Shown here piece after piece: positions 9,707-19,694 of a stretch of 64,000 bases of DNA. A program made the position numbers and the translations under genes. Position 1 is the first letter of the stretch; each line of letters opens with the position of its first letter. The notes beneath the pieces were generated by a model. The model had not been told where the DNA came from. It did no database searches and saw only the letters and a list, made by a program, of their open reading frames with translations. Source of the DNA: Candidatus Poribacteria bacterium (GTDB taxonomy: Bacteria > Abyssobacteria > SURF-5); contig JACRIR010000051.1 in the NCBI GenBank assembly GCA_016215705.1, positions 7,771-71,770 on the forward strand, in the 5' to 3' direction.

Positions 9707-11202
9707 AGGTTCTTTTTATATACCCGAACTTGAATGCTCAGGTTGGCTTCAATTACGGAGTCGCCTTCCTGTCTGCTTGCCTGAAGGAAAGCGGCCATTC
9801 TACGGCCCTCCTTAACATCAACGAACAACTCGGATTCGATTTTGACGTTGCAAGGATCAGACGCGAGGTAACCGCGTTCGCGCCGGACCTGATCGGTTTC
9901 TCGGTCGTGAGCAATCAATATCGCTTCGCCCGCGAGATCGCGCGCGACATAAAAACGTATTGCAAAGCGCCCATTGTCTGCGGCGGCATTCATCCGACAA
10001 TGGACCCCGAAAGCGTGCTGCGGGATGGATGCTTCGATTACGTGTGTGTTGGAGAAGGCGAGCGCGCAATAGTCGAGCTTGCGGACGCATTGGAAAACGG
10101 TAGCCCCACAACCGGTATCGAGAATATTTGGCTCAAAGTTGAGGGGGATATTATCCGGAACCACGTGCGGCCGTTTGTGCCACTCGAATCTCTCCCCCGA
10201 AAGGACTACGAGATTTTCGAGTTTCAGAAGATGATCGACGCGAAGGACGGCTGGGTCGGAATCATGAGTTCGAGGGGTTGCCCTTTCAGTTGCTCATATT
10301 GCTTCAATCATCGTTTGCGCGAGCTCTATGAGCGTGACCTTGGCTGCTCCGCAGCCGCGCTGCGCTACATCAGGTATCATCCCGTGACCGCCGTGATTGA
10401 CGAAATAGAGACGCTGCTGTCATCGTACAAGAATATAAAAACCATCATCTTCGACGATGATCTGTTCACACTGAACAAGAACTACTTGAGAGAGTTTTGC
10501 AGGGAATACGGCCGGCGCGTCGGCCTGCCTTTTGTGTGCAATGCGCATGTGAAAGTGTTTGACGAGGAGGCGGCAGGATGTCTGAAGGAAGCAGGCTGCC
10601 GGATTGTGAAATTCGGGCTCGAAAGCGGGAGCGACCGGGTCAGGCGCGAAATACTGAACCGGCGTATGTCCAATGACGACATCATTCGCGCGTTTGCGAC
10701 CGCCGAACGCTTCGGATTCCACACGTCTGCATTTGTGATTATCGGCTTCCCTCGCGAAACCATAGCCGAAATCCACGAAACAATAGAACTGCTCGCGCGC
10801 ATAAGGCCCGGCCGATTTCGCTGGTCGGTCTTTTTCCCGTTCGTTAACACGCGCGCATATGACATTGCGCGCGAAGGGGGGTTCATCGACTTCGAGAAGC
10901 TCGAGAGCCTTACCAATTTCACGGATGAATCCGCTCTCGACTTCGGGCCCACGCACAACCTGCTCCTCCGAAAACTGAGGACAACGTTTCCCTGGTACGT
11001 CAATGCCCGCGCAAATTTCAAGTGCTCCCCCCTCTATTCCGAACTCATCGAGCGCGTCGAGAAGATCACGCCGGAGGAATGGCCCAAAGTGGAGGAGTCC
11101 GTCACCCGGATTGATACCGACATCTCGCGAATGCTGGACCTCTCGGAAGAGCCGCATTACGGCTATAAGTACAATATGTTCACGGCGGTGAGAAGCTATT
11201 AA
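9703..11202 (+). CDS. B12-binding domain radical SAM protein
   Basis: 499 aa. N-terminal Rossmann-like B12-binding region and the radical SAM cluster motif GCPFSCSYC. Overlaps gmhB by 4 bp, so it is in the same operon. Confidence 0.85.
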   Translation: MKVLFIYPNLNAQVGFNYGVAFLSACLKESGHSTALLNINEQLGFDFDVARIRREVTAFAPDLIGFSVVSNQYRFAREIARDIKTYCKAPIVCGGIHPTMDPESVLRDGCFDYVCVGEGERAIVELADALENGSPTTGIENIWLKVEGDIIRNHVRPFVPLESLPRKDYEIFEFQKMIDAKDGWVGIMSSRGCPFSCSYCFNHRLRELYERDLGCSAAALRYIRYHPVTAVIDEIETLLSSYKNIKTIIFDDDLFTLNKNYLREFCREYGRRVGLPFVCNAHVKVFDEEAAGCLKEAGCRIVKFGLESGSDRVRREILNRRMSNDDIIRAFATAERFGFHTSAFVIIGFPRETIAEIHETIELLARIRPGRFRWSVFFPFVNTRAYDIAREGGFIDFEKLESLTNFTDESALDFGPTHNLLLRKLRTTFPWYVNARANFKCSPLYSELIERVEKITPEEWPKVEESVTRIDTDISRMLDLSEEPHYGYKYNMFTAVRSY

Positions 11203-11248
11203 GACCTCCACTGATTACAATCGAATCCTTGTTCGCCTGCCCAATTGG

Positions 11249-12271
11249 GTGGGAGACGTGGTCATGGCTACGCCGGCGCTGAGATGTCTCCGCCTCAATT
11301 TCCCCAAAGCTCAGATTGATCTGACGTTGATTCCATACGTGCGCAAAATTCTCGAAGGCGCGCCGTGGTTCGACGCAATCATCGAATACTCGCCCAAAGG
11401 CGAACACAAAGGGATCGTGGGCCACCGGCGATATCTTCGCGGCCTGCGGAAGAACGAGTACGACCTGATTCTCGTTTTTCCGAACTCCTTCATTTCGGCG
11501 CTCCTCGCATATCTTTCCGGCGCGAAACTGCGTGTCGGGTACAATCGCGAAGGTCGCAGGATTCTGTTGACCAATGCCCTCCCGCGTCCGGCTGAAAGCG
11601 GCAGGTTTGCGCCACAGCCAATGGTGGATTATTACCTGAAGCTTTGCGAAGAGGTCGGAGCGACGGCGGGCTCAAAGAAAACCGAACTCTTTGTGGACCA
11701 TGCCTCCGAGAAACGGGCGGAAGAGTTGTTCGCGAAATACGAGATAGGGCGGAGGAGGCCCGTCATCGCCATCAATCCGGGCGCTGCCTATGGCTCTTCC
11801 AAGCTGTGGGCTCCCGAGAATTTCTCCGAAGTCTGCGACACTCTTCTCGAACACGCAGATTGCGACGTGGTGCTCCTGGGTGGACCAAATGAGCAGAATA
11901 CCGTGTGTGAAATAGTGCACGCCGCGCGTGTGAAACCAACGAATCTTGCAGAAGAGAATGTGCCTCTTGATCTGCTTAAATCGGTCATCAAACGGTGCGA
12001 CCTGCTTATTACAGTCGATTCCGGTCCTCGACACATTGCGGTCGCGTTCGATAAGCCGGTGGTCGTGCTGATGGGTCCAACCGATCCTCGCTATACGAAC
12101 TGCAATCTCGAAAAGTCGGCGATCCTGAGAGTCAGCGACCTCGACTGCGCTCCGTGTCACATCAAGAAATGTCCGACCGACCACGAATGCATGACAAGGA
12201 TTACGCCCGATATGGTCATCCGGGCTGCCTCCGAGCTTCTCAGGAAATACGTGCGGGCGAGTCAGCTTTGA
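11249..12271 (+). CDS. ADP-heptose:LPS heptosyltransferase (glycosyltransferase family 9)
   Basis: 340 aa with GT9 hallmarks (VGDVVMATPALRCL, GPTDPRYT, CAPCHIKKC). The ORF starts at GTG 11249, but the upstream in-frame peptide NRILVRLPNWVGD suggests the true start lies a few codons upstream (about 11198). Confidence 0.8.
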   Translation: MGDVVMATPALRCLRLNFPKAQIDLTLIPYVRKILEGAPWFDAIIEYSPKGEHKGIVGHRRYLRGLRKNEYDLILVFPNSFISALLAYLSGAKLRVGYNREGRRILLTNALPRPAESGRFAPQPMVDYYLKLCEEVGATAGSKKTELFVDHASEKRAEELFAKYEIGRRRPVIAINPGAAYGSSKLWAPENFSEVCDTLLEHADCDVVLLGGPNEQNTVCEIVHAARVKPTNLAEENVPLDLLKSVIKRCDLLITVDSGPRHIAVAFDKPVVVLMGPTDPRYTNCNLEKSAILRVSDLDCAPCHIKKCPTDHECMTRITPDMVIRAASELLRKYVRASQL

Positions 12272-12388
12272 GCGGCGCAGAACGAATCTGTCGGGAGTTT
12301 GCAGAGTCTAAGTACGCGCCCTTCCGGGAACCGGTCGAGCCCTTCAGCAAACAGGCGAACACGTTCAAAATGGGTCTCAAGGTGAGGA

Positions 12389-14110
12389 ATGGAATCTCCT
12401 TTGAATAGGTCCGCAGATTCATCACGTGTGACGGCCCTGGATGTGACCTTCATATTCTGCTTGTGTCTGATTGTATATGCGAACTCATTCGGTGTTGGTT
12501 GGATTTCGGATGATGTTCGCTTTATCAAATCCAATCCGGGCATAAGGAGTCTATCAAATACGGGCGAATTCTTTACAAACCCTGCCGATACAGCGGCGTC
12601 AACCGGCCGCGAAGGGATTTATCGGCCCTTGCGAACATTGTCATTCGCGATTGACTATGCCATTTGGGGAGCCAACCCCTTCGGCTTCCATGTCACCAGC
12701 TTTGTCTTGCATTTTGTATCCTCGGTGCTTGTGTTTCTCTTGTGCATGTCCCTGGATGCGGGAAGGCGGTCAGCGCTTGTTGCGTCGGCGTTGTTTGCAG
12801 CGCATCCGGCGCAAGTGGAGGCCATTACCTGGATTTCCAGCCGTGCAGATTGTATGGCGACAGTCTTTCTGCTCATCTCATTCTTGCTTTTTGTCAGGGC
12901 GAGGAAGGAGAAAGGATCTGTTCCTGTCTTGCTTGGCGGTTCATGGCTTTGTTTTCTGCTCGCTCTTTTGAGCAAGGAGACGGCCATTGTTCTTCCTGCC
13001 CTTCTCATAACATACGATATTTTTGCCGGTAAGATGCGCGTAAAGGCTCTCCGCTCGCGGCTCGTTGAGTATTGCCTGTTCATTGGACTCGCAGTAACCT
13101 ATTTCGCCGCGCGCGCCCGCCTCCTTCAAATGGTATCGCAAGGCGGGTATTGGGGTGGAAGCCTGGTGGCCACAATGCTGACTATGGCGAAATGCTTCCT
13201 CATTTATCTGCGGATCGTTTTTCTTCCGCGCGCAAGCAGTTGCCTCGAATACATGGTTCCGCTTGCAGGATTTCCGCTGACCTTTGCGATTGTGTGGCCT
13301 TTGATACTCGTCGCGATTTTTGTGACGGCGACGATCGCCGTGTGGCGGCTTTCACCGCGCGCCGGATTCGGCCTGTCATGGTATCTCATAGCGCTGGCGC
13401 CGGTTTCGAATGTCCTGCCGATGTCAATGCTGATGGCGGAACGCTTCTTGTACTTTCCTATGGTCGGCATATGTATTGCCGCGCTTCCTATCATGGAAAC
13501 CGCCACGCGCAAGAGGAGTCGGCGGGTCCATCTCATGGCAAACGCATCCTTTTGCGCGCTCTTGTTCCTGCTCGGAGTTACCAGCGTTGTGAAAAACTCG
13601 GCATGGCGAGACCCTGTCGTTCTCTGGAATCAGTCGCTGCACGATTATCCCGATAGCTACCGGGCCCGAATGGGTCTGGCCGGCGAGTACTACGACCGCG
13701 GCGAAAACCTCGAAGCAATCAAGCAGTACGGTATTGCGCTCCGACTTTTCCCGAATGTGCAGGTAATGCATGACATCGGGAATGCTTATCGGCAGGTGGG
13801 CGATATCGCTTCAGCAATCGCGGCATACAGGGCTGCGCTCGCAATGGACCCCAATTCGTCTTGGACACTGACGAGTCTGGGAATCGCTTACATGAAGCAG
13901 GGCAAGATGGATCAGGCAATCGAGGTTTTACAGCGCGCGACAGAAATCGACAAGAGCTATGCCGCAGCTCATTTCTTTCTTGGGAATGCCCTGGCGGAAG
14001 AAGGCGACCTTGAAACGGCGCTGAAGGAATACAGAACCGCCCTCGTCTATGCTCCGGACGCCGAAGAGGTGCGCCGCCGGATTGCTGATATCGAACGCAG
14101 ACAGAAGTGA
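12389..14110 (+). CDS. polytopic membrane glycosyltransferase-like protein (PMT/ArnT-like fold) with C-terminal TPR repeats
   Basis: 573 aa with about 11 predicted TM helices and an SDDVRF acidic loop motif. C-terminal TPR repeats include YDRGENLEAIKQYGIALRL and AIAAYRAALAMDP. Confidence 0.6.
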   Translation: MESPLNRSADSSRVTALDVTFIFCLCLIVYANSFGVGWISDDVRFIKSNPGIRSLSNTGEFFTNPADTAASTGREGIYRPLRTLSFAIDYAIWGANPFGFHVTSFVLHFVSSVLVFLLCMSLDAGRRSALVASALFAAHPAQVEAITWISSRADCMATVFLLISFLLFVRARKEKGSVPVLLGGSWLCFLLALLSKETAIVLPALLITYDIFAGKMRVKALRSRLVEYCLFIGLAVTYFAARARLLQMVSQGGYWGGSLVATMLTMAKCFLIYLRIVFLPRASSCLEYMVPLAGFPLTFAIVWPLILVAIFVTATIAVWRLSPRAGFGLSWYLIALAPVSNVLPMSMLMAERFLYFPMVGICIAALPIMETATRKRSRRVHLMANASFCALLFLLGVTSVVKNSAWRDPVVLWNQSLHDYPDSYRARMGLAGEYYDRGENLEAIKQYGIALRLFPNVQVMHDIGNAYRQVGDIASAIAAYRAALAMDPNSSWTLTSLGIAYMKQGKMDQAIEVLQRATEIDKSYAAAHFFLGNALAEEGDLETALKEYRTALVYAPDAEEVRRRIADIERRQK

Positions 14111-14144
14111 TTCAACTCATCATCGCTCAAAGCTGTCGATGCGA

Positions 14145-14828
14145 TCAGCCGCCGTCTTCCCTCTTGCTCGGCGCGCCACGAGATGATTTACCAATCAATA
14201 TCCACGAGATATGATGATGGGTTTCTCCTGTCGCGCGCGGCTCATCATACTCACGCTCGCGAAGCTCTTCGATATCAAGAAATGCAAAATCCTCCGCTAA
14301 TTCTTCTTTCGTGCATAAATGCAAGTAGACCCTGTCTTGGAACGAATTGGGTTCTCCGGGAATTGCGACCCCCTTGCCGCGATGTTCCGGATCGCTCACG
14401 GAGAGAGTACTGAGGAAAAACAGCCCGCCCGGTTTCAGGGCTTCGCGCGCCGCCTGGCGCAAATCGTTTCGCCCTTCCTTGTTGAGCAACTGGTAAAGGT
14501 TTGAGACGAAGACGATATCATAGACGTTTTGAGTCAGCTCCCTGAAATCACGAAGCTCGAATTCAACGCCTTGCTTACGGTTATCCACGACGGTTTTCGA
14601 GGCTATTTCTATTGCCTTCTTGGAGATGTCTATGCCGCGGACTGAGCATTTACAGTTGTCGAGGAGGTAGAACGCATCCCGGCCATAACCACAGCCTATG
14701 TCCAATATGCTAAACGACTCGCCTGGCGGCCGATGTGACCGTAAATACTCAAGCGCGGCGACTGCCAGGATGCTCGGTCCCTCGCCCCAGATACGCTCCT
14801 GGCTCTTATATTGGTCATCCCAAAACAT
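14145..14828 (-). CDS. class I SAM-dependent methyltransferase
   Basis: 227 aa with SAM-binding motif I, ILDIGCGYGRDAFYL. Confidence 0.8.
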   Translation of the reverse strand: MFWDDQYKSQERIWGEGPSILAVAALEYLRSHRPPGESFSILDIGCGYGRDAFYLLDNCKCSVRGIDISKKAIEIASKTVVDNRKQGVEFELRDFRELTQNVYDIVFVSNLYQLLNKEGRNDLRQAAREALKPGGLFFLSTLSVSDPEHRGKGVAIPGEPNSFQDRVYLHLCTKEELAEDFAFLDIEELREREYDEPRATGETHHHISWILIGKSSRGAPSKREDGG

Positions 14829-14908
14829 ATCTCGATGTCCCTCCCGTTATTTCATAACTGAATTTCGGTGGCACGAGGTCTGTAATCAAGTGAGCGCCTT
14901 GATTTGGA

Positions 14909-15148
14909 TCATGGCTTGAAAGTCTTTCTTATCCGCTCTGCTGCATAGCCGACTCTCGGGAAACGCCGCTTGATCCATGCCCACATTCTTTGAAGGAACG
15001 GCAAATCCCGATAGAGCAATAATGTCCCTAACGCGATGAACAGCCACCCCTGCAGAATCGGGAGCAGAAAGCCGATGAGACCAACAAAAATGAGGATACA
15101 GCCCAGGACGATTCGTATATATCGTCCATATTCTCTCGGCCACGCCAT
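14909..15148 (-). CDS. small two-TM membrane protein, hypothetical
   Basis: 79 aa, two hydrophobic helices and a basic C-tail. An overlapping alternative-frame ORF (14886-15152) was judged less likely. Confidence 0.4.
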   Translation of the reverse strand: MAWPREYGRYIRIVLGCILIFVGLIGFLLPILQGWLFIALGTLLLYRDLPFLQRMWAWIKRRFPRVGYAAERIRKTFKP

Positions 15149-15273
15149 GCAATAGTATCCAATCGTTTCAGTGAATTAGGACGCTTGAAACAGGATATCT
15201 TCGTTTCACTTCTGCGAAACGGTTTCCGGTTTCGAGTGTTGGGTTTCTGAGGACTTGCACTCCGTAGATGCGA

Positions 15274-16404
15274 CTATCGCGATCTCAACGGCCTTTCCTG
15301 TTTGAATAGTTCACTTGCAGCTTCGAGAACATCCTCCGGTTTGACCGCTTCCATGCACTTCGCGTAGACGCAATCCTCATCGCATGGGTGGCACGGGACT
15401 TCGCTCCTTACGATTCTGTTCGGCTTCCAGTAGGGCGCGTTTATTCGCTCATCCGTCGGCCCGAAAATCGCCACCACCGGCGTTCCCATCGCGGAGCCTA
15501 TGTGCATGGGGCCCGAGTCCACAGTGACCATCATCTCGCACAATTCCAACAAAGCGGCCAGCTCGAGCAGACTATCGGTCTGCATTCCGATCAGAGGGCG
15601 TGTTCTTGTCAAGGAGCGTATTTGCTCGACCTCTTCACGCTCACCCGGTCCCCACGTGAGAATTACCCTTGCCCCGAGCTTCTGTGTCAAGAGATCGCAG
15701 AGAGCGGCAAACGACTGCAAAGGCCACTTTTTCAGGGGGCGGCTGGTCCCCGGATGAACGGCTACCAGTGGATGGCAATCTCCAAGCTTGTCATGGATGA
15801 ATTTGTGTGCTTTCGCGCGATGTTTATCCGTCACACCCAACGCCGGCCTTTGCGTCAGATTTCCAGGCAGTACGAACTGTTTTATCAATTCGAGATTCCT
15901 GACTACACGGGGCAAGCCTGCGTCAGAAGGCCTTATTCGGAGATTCGTGAAGAAATAGCTGAATTCCTTGACATAGCCTTCCTTGAAGCCGATCCTCTTC
16001 GGAGAATGGGACAAGTATGCGATGAGGCCGCTCTTGAGTATTCCGTGGAAGTCGAACGCAAGGTCATATTTGACACTTCGCAAGCGGGATAAGAATCGAA
16101 TGAGCAACGCAACGGCTTCGGGAAAACGCAAAGGGTTCTTCAATGACCGCACAATTCTTTTTCTCTCAAACACCAATACCTCATCGAGATACGGATGCCC
16201 CTCTAATATGCCGCTCGATTTGTCTTCGACGACCCAAGTGATGTGAGCTTTGGGATAGTTCTGCCTGAGAGAAGTGAGCGCCGGCAGCGTTCGGACCACG
16301 TCGCCGATTGAGCTGAGCCTTATGATCAGGATACTACTGGGCGTGACAGTGCCAACCATGCGTGGATTATAACTTAGCCGGTCTGCTGTGTCAAAAGTAG
16401 ACAC
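15274..16404 (-). CDS. ADP-heptose:LPS heptosyltransferase (GT9; WaaF/WaaC-like)
   Basis: 376 aa with ILIIRLSSIGDVV, GPTDERINAPY and CHPCDEDC motifs. The true start is possibly the internal Met (MVGTVTPSS) near 16359. Confidence 0.85.
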   Translation of the reverse strand: MSTFDTADRLSYNPRMVGTVTPSSILIIRLSSIGDVVRTLPALTSLRQNYPKAHITWVVEDKSSGILEGHPYLDEVLVFERKRIVRSLKNPLRFPEAVALLIRFLSRLRSVKYDLAFDFHGILKSGLIAYLSHSPKRIGFKEGYVKEFSYFFTNLRIRPSDAGLPRVVRNLELIKQFVLPGNLTQRPALGVTDKHRAKAHKFIHDKLGDCHPLVAVHPGTSRPLKKWPLQSFAALCDLLTQKLGARVILTWGPGEREEVEQIRSLTRTRPLIGMQTDSLLELAALLELCEMMVTVDSGPMHIGSAMGTPVVAIFGPTDERINAPYWKPNRIVRSEVPCHPCDEDCVYAKCMEAVKPEDVLEAASELFKQERPLRSR

Positions 16405-16515
16405 GGAAGCGCCAGAGGCGCCTGAGACGGCCGAAGATTCACTCGGAGAAGCTTCCGGAATACCTAAAGTGAGTCAAAGTGACCAGAGCTTCAATCAAGT
16501 GTGTTTGTCCGCCAC

Positions 16516-16962
16516 CTAATTCTTCTTTTTCAGGAGTTGGTTAAACAAGAACCGTCTGAACGGGGCGTTTCGGCATTCGTTGAAGCATGCTTCCAGGTCA
16601 TCTATAGACGTACAATGGCCCGGACAATCCTTCGTGCCCGCCAGCAGGAAAAAAGGAAGTGGCTCTTGAATGAGGTCGACGAACTCACTCACAGATGTGG
16701 CGAGCGTAGTCCCGCACGCGGCATGGTTGAAGAAATAGTATGTGTCAAGAAAACTTTCGGGTGTCAGAAACGTTAACCCGATGGGGCGAACATCGGGGTC
16801 GACAAGAAAAGAGTCGCGATCTGCCCACGAAACCCCACAACTGCAATGTTTGAAATCACTCGCCATATGTTTCACCCTCTCCGCGGCCTTATCCTTCGCT
16901 CTCCGACAACGAATTCCTCCGACACCTCGAATGTCAACTGCACTTATATTCTGCCCCGTCAA
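16516..16962 (-). CDS. Cys-rich hypothetical protein (possible extension through an in-frame TGA at 17026-17028)
   Basis: Contains motifs HCSCG, AACGTT, DCPGHC and CFNEC. The TTG start is called by the ORF track. Upstream in frame lies TGA, followed further upstream by ATG (MTILTAL-TGA-STVSFGQHAGTCAGTAIADALL...). Coding status is uncertain. Confidence 0.3.
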   Translation of the reverse strand: MTGQNISAVDIRGVGGIRCRRAKDKAAERVKHMASDFKHCSCGVSWADRDSFLVDPDVRPIGLTFLTPESFLDTYYFFNHAACGTTLATSVSEFVDLIQEPLPFFLLAGTKDCPGHCTSIDDLEACFNECRNAPFRRFLFNQLLKKKN

Positions 16963-17043
16963 AAGCGCGTCCGCAATAGCTGTGCCTGCGCACGTACCGG
17001 CGTGTTGCCCGAATGAAACTGTGCTTCATAGTGCTGTCAGAAT

Positions 17044-17163
17044 TGTCATTCTGAGGAGCGAAGCGACGAAGAATCTCTCGTTTTTCTTGCAGATTTGCGA
17101 CCCATAGACAGAGATTCTTCGCTTCGCTCAGAATGACAAAGACCTCGCTCAGAATGACAAAGG
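17044..17163. repeat. inverted pair of family D repeats (GTCATTCTGAGCGAAGCGAAGAATCT) plus a tandem partial copy
   Basis: gtcattctgaggagcgaagcgacgaagaatctct (17044-17077) and its reverse complement agagattcttcgcttcgctcagaatgacaaag (17110-17141). Then cctcgctcagaatgacaaag follows. Confidence 0.7.
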
Positions 17164-17311
17164 GCTATTACCATTTGGGCAACACGCCGGTACGACAAGA
17201 CTCTGCGCACGACACCCCGTCTATACTGCAATTCTTATGGCAGCCGCTGGCGCATACGCCATTCCGAGCAAAGCGAGGAATCTCGTTTCGTGCGCCGGCA
17301 CGGCTTTCTGC

Positions 17312-17340
17312 GAGAGATTCTTCGCCTCGCTCAGAATGCC
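17312..17340. repeat. family D repeat, additional copy
   Basis: gagagattcttcgcctcgctcagaatgcc. Confidence 0.6.
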
Positions 17341-17493
17341 GGGGAAGAGAGCAGAACAGAGCGGAAAGTCTCAGGATGGCGCGTTTTCACCCACTATATC
17401 GCAGGCCCCCTCATTCAGCCTTGATATTTTCCCGCCATTGGTATATTTTATTTCAGCCATTATCCATAAAATGGGCCGATTGAGGGAGGAAAT

Positions 17494-18642
17494 ATGCGCA
17501 GATACTTCGTGCTCGGGCTCTGCTTTCTGGTGGGCGGGTTCTTTTGCGCCTGCCAGCGCGGCGCTCAAGAGAAGGTCCTTACTCTGGGGGCTGTAGTGCC
17601 TTTGAGTGGGCCGGCGGCGGCGCCCGGCAACGAGATGAACAACGCAGTGTTGCTTGCCGTTGATGAGTGGAATGCCGCCAATAAGATGGGTGGCTATCGA
17701 ATAGCTCTGGAGTCCAAGGACGACGCATCGGACCCAAAGCAGGCGGTATCAGCGGCGCATGCTCTCATGTCCGACTCGCAAGTCGTCGCAGTAGTGGCTC
17801 ATCTGAACAGCGGTTGCTTTCTGCCGGCCTCCAAAATATATCATGATGCGGGCGTGGTTGCGATGAGCGGCGCGACAACGAATCCACAAATTACGCTCCA
17901 GGGATTCCCTGAGATATTCCGGATATGCACCACCGATCTCGTTCAGGGGGAGCTTACCGCGCCTTTCATACAGCAGCTTGGCCTCAAGCGCATCGCCATC
18001 ATCCACGACAAGACGCAGTACGGCCAAGGTTTGGCCGAGGTGGTCCGCGATGCAGGGCCCCGAAGCGGTTCAGAGATTCTGAGCTTCGACGGCATCGACA
18101 TCGGCGACAAGGATTTCAGAGCGCTTCTTACGAAGATCAAGGACGCGCACCCTGATGTCATCTATTTCGGCGGCATGTATGACGAAGCCGGTCTGCTCGT
18201 CAAACAGATGCGGGATTTGGGCATGCAGCAGCAATTCATCAGTGATGACGGAGCCTTCGGGCAGGATTTTATTGACGCTGGCGGCGACGGCACCGAGGGG
18301 GCGATCGTCAGCATGGTGGGCGCGCCTCTGACAGATCTCAAGAAGGCCGAGGATTTCATGCGCAAATATGAGCAGCGGTTCGGCGTCAAGATTCAGAACT
18401 ACGGTCCCTATGCATATGACGTTGCGAACATCCTTCTCACGGCCATCTCGAGTGTGATTGAGCAGAAGGGTGTGCCTGACAAGAAAGCTCTCATCGAGGA
18501 AGCGCGCAAGACGGAATACGACGGCGTCATTGGGCATACTTCATTCGACGAGCACGGTGACACGAAGAACAAAGTGATTACCTTTTATAGGGTGGAAAAG
18601 GGAAAGTTTACGCCGGTGAAGACCGTGAGCATGAACAAATAG
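17494..18642 (+). CDS. branched-chain amino acid ABC transporter substrate-binding protein (LivJ/LivK family), lipoprotein
   Basis: 382 aa. Lipobox-like signal peptide (LCFLVGGFFCAC) and type I periplasmic-binding fold. First gene of the liv operon, preceded by a strong RBS (gagggagg). Confidence 0.9.
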   Translation: MRRYFVLGLCFLVGGFFCACQRGAQEKVLTLGAVVPLSGPAAAPGNEMNNAVLLAVDEWNAANKMGGYRIALESKDDASDPKQAVSAAHALMSDSQVVAVVAHLNSGCFLPASKIYHDAGVVAMSGATTNPQITLQGFPEIFRICTTDLVQGELTAPFIQQLGLKRIAIIHDKTQYGQGLAEVVRDAGPRSGSEILSFDGIDIGDKDFRALLTKIKDAHPDVIYFGGMYDEAGLLVKQMRDLGMQQQFISDDGAFGQDFIDAGGDGTEGAIVSMVGAPLTDLKKAEDFMRKYEQRFGVKIQNYGPYAYDVANILLTAISSVIEQKGVPDKKALIEEARKTEYDGVIGHTSFDEHGDTKNKVITFYRVEKGKFTPVKTVSMNK

Positions 18643-18643
18643 C

Positions 18644-19570
18644 ATGAGCCCGACCGCATTTTTCCAGCAACTGGTGAATGGACTGACGTTGGGAGGCATG
18701 TACGCTCTTGTGGCCTTAGGCTATACGATGGTCTATGGCATTATTCAGCTCATCAATTTCGCACACGGCGAAGTATTCATGGTTGGCGCATTCCTCGGCC
18801 TGCTTGCGTTGAGTTTCGCGGCGCAGTTGGGTCTGGAGGGAGTTGCTTTCACCCTCTGCCTGGCCTTCCTGGTTTCGATGGTGTTGACGAGCCTGGTAGG
18901 AATGGCCATCGAACACGTCGCCTACAGGCCGTTGCGTCAATCCCCTCGAATAACTCTCCTCCTCTCGGCCGTCGGAATGTCCATATTCCTTCAAAACCTG
19001 GTTATGCTCATCCGCAGCCGCGACCTCCAGCCGTTTCCCCGTATTATCACCGGCGGAGTGAACATCCAGGGCGTGATTCTGGATTATATCCAGATTCTCA
19101 TAGCCGTCGCCAGCCTGGTCCTGATGCTCGCACTGGATTTGTTTGTCAACAGGACGCGGCTCGGCCAGGCCATGCGGGCAATTGCGCAAGACATGGAAGC
19201 CGCCCAAATGATGGGTATTGACATAAGCCACGTTATTCGTTTGACGTTTATGGTCGGCTCAGGTCTCGCCGCCGCCGGCGGCATAATGAGCGGGTTATAT
19301 TATGGAGGCATAAAGTTTGACATGGGATTCATCGTGGGCATCAAAGCCTTCAGCGCAGCGGTCCTGGGCGGCATCGGGAGCATCCGGGGAGCGATGCTGG
19401 GCGGGTTTGTCCTCGGATTATGCGAAACATTGCTGGTTGCCTTTCTCTCGGCGGCCGGAGTCACGGAGGCGTTTGCATACAAAGATGTCATCGCGTTTGC
19501 CATCCTGATTCTGGTTCTCATCCTCAAGCCTTCGGGTCTGATGGGTGAGCGCATCGTCGAAAAGGTGTAG
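18644..19570 (+). CDS. livH: branched-chain amino acid ABC transporter permease
   Basis: 308 aa polytopic permease of the LivH type (GLTLGGMYALVALGYTMVYG). Confidence 0.9.
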   Translation: MSPTAFFQQLVNGLTLGGMYALVALGYTMVYGIIQLINFAHGEVFMVGAFLGLLALSFAAQLGLEGVAFTLCLAFLVSMVLTSLVGMAIEHVAYRPLRQSPRITLLLSAVGMSIFLQNLVMLIRSRDLQPFPRIITGGVNIQGVILDYIQILIAVASLVLMLALDLFVNRTRLGQAMRAIAQDMEAAQMMGIDISHVIRLTFMVGSGLAAAGGIMSGLYYGGIKFDMGFIVGIKAFSAAVLGGIGSIRGAMLGGFVLGLCETLLVAFLSAAGVTEAFAYKDVIAFAILILVLILKPSGLMGERIVEKV

Positions 19571-19576
19571 CATGCG

Positions 19577-19615
19577 TTATTCGGGGACACCGTGCCGCAT
19601 GATGTCCCCAAATAA
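19577..19615. repeat. REP-like palindrome family A, copy 2 (inside the liv operon between livH and livM)
   Basis: ttattcggggacaccgtgccgcatgatgtccccaaataa. Confidence 0.7.
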
Positions 19616-19694
19616 ACAATGACTGCGTCCGGGAAATCACGACGGGATTCTACAAATTGAGCGTGAGTACCGCAATGTGACCTAGTGGAGAAGA

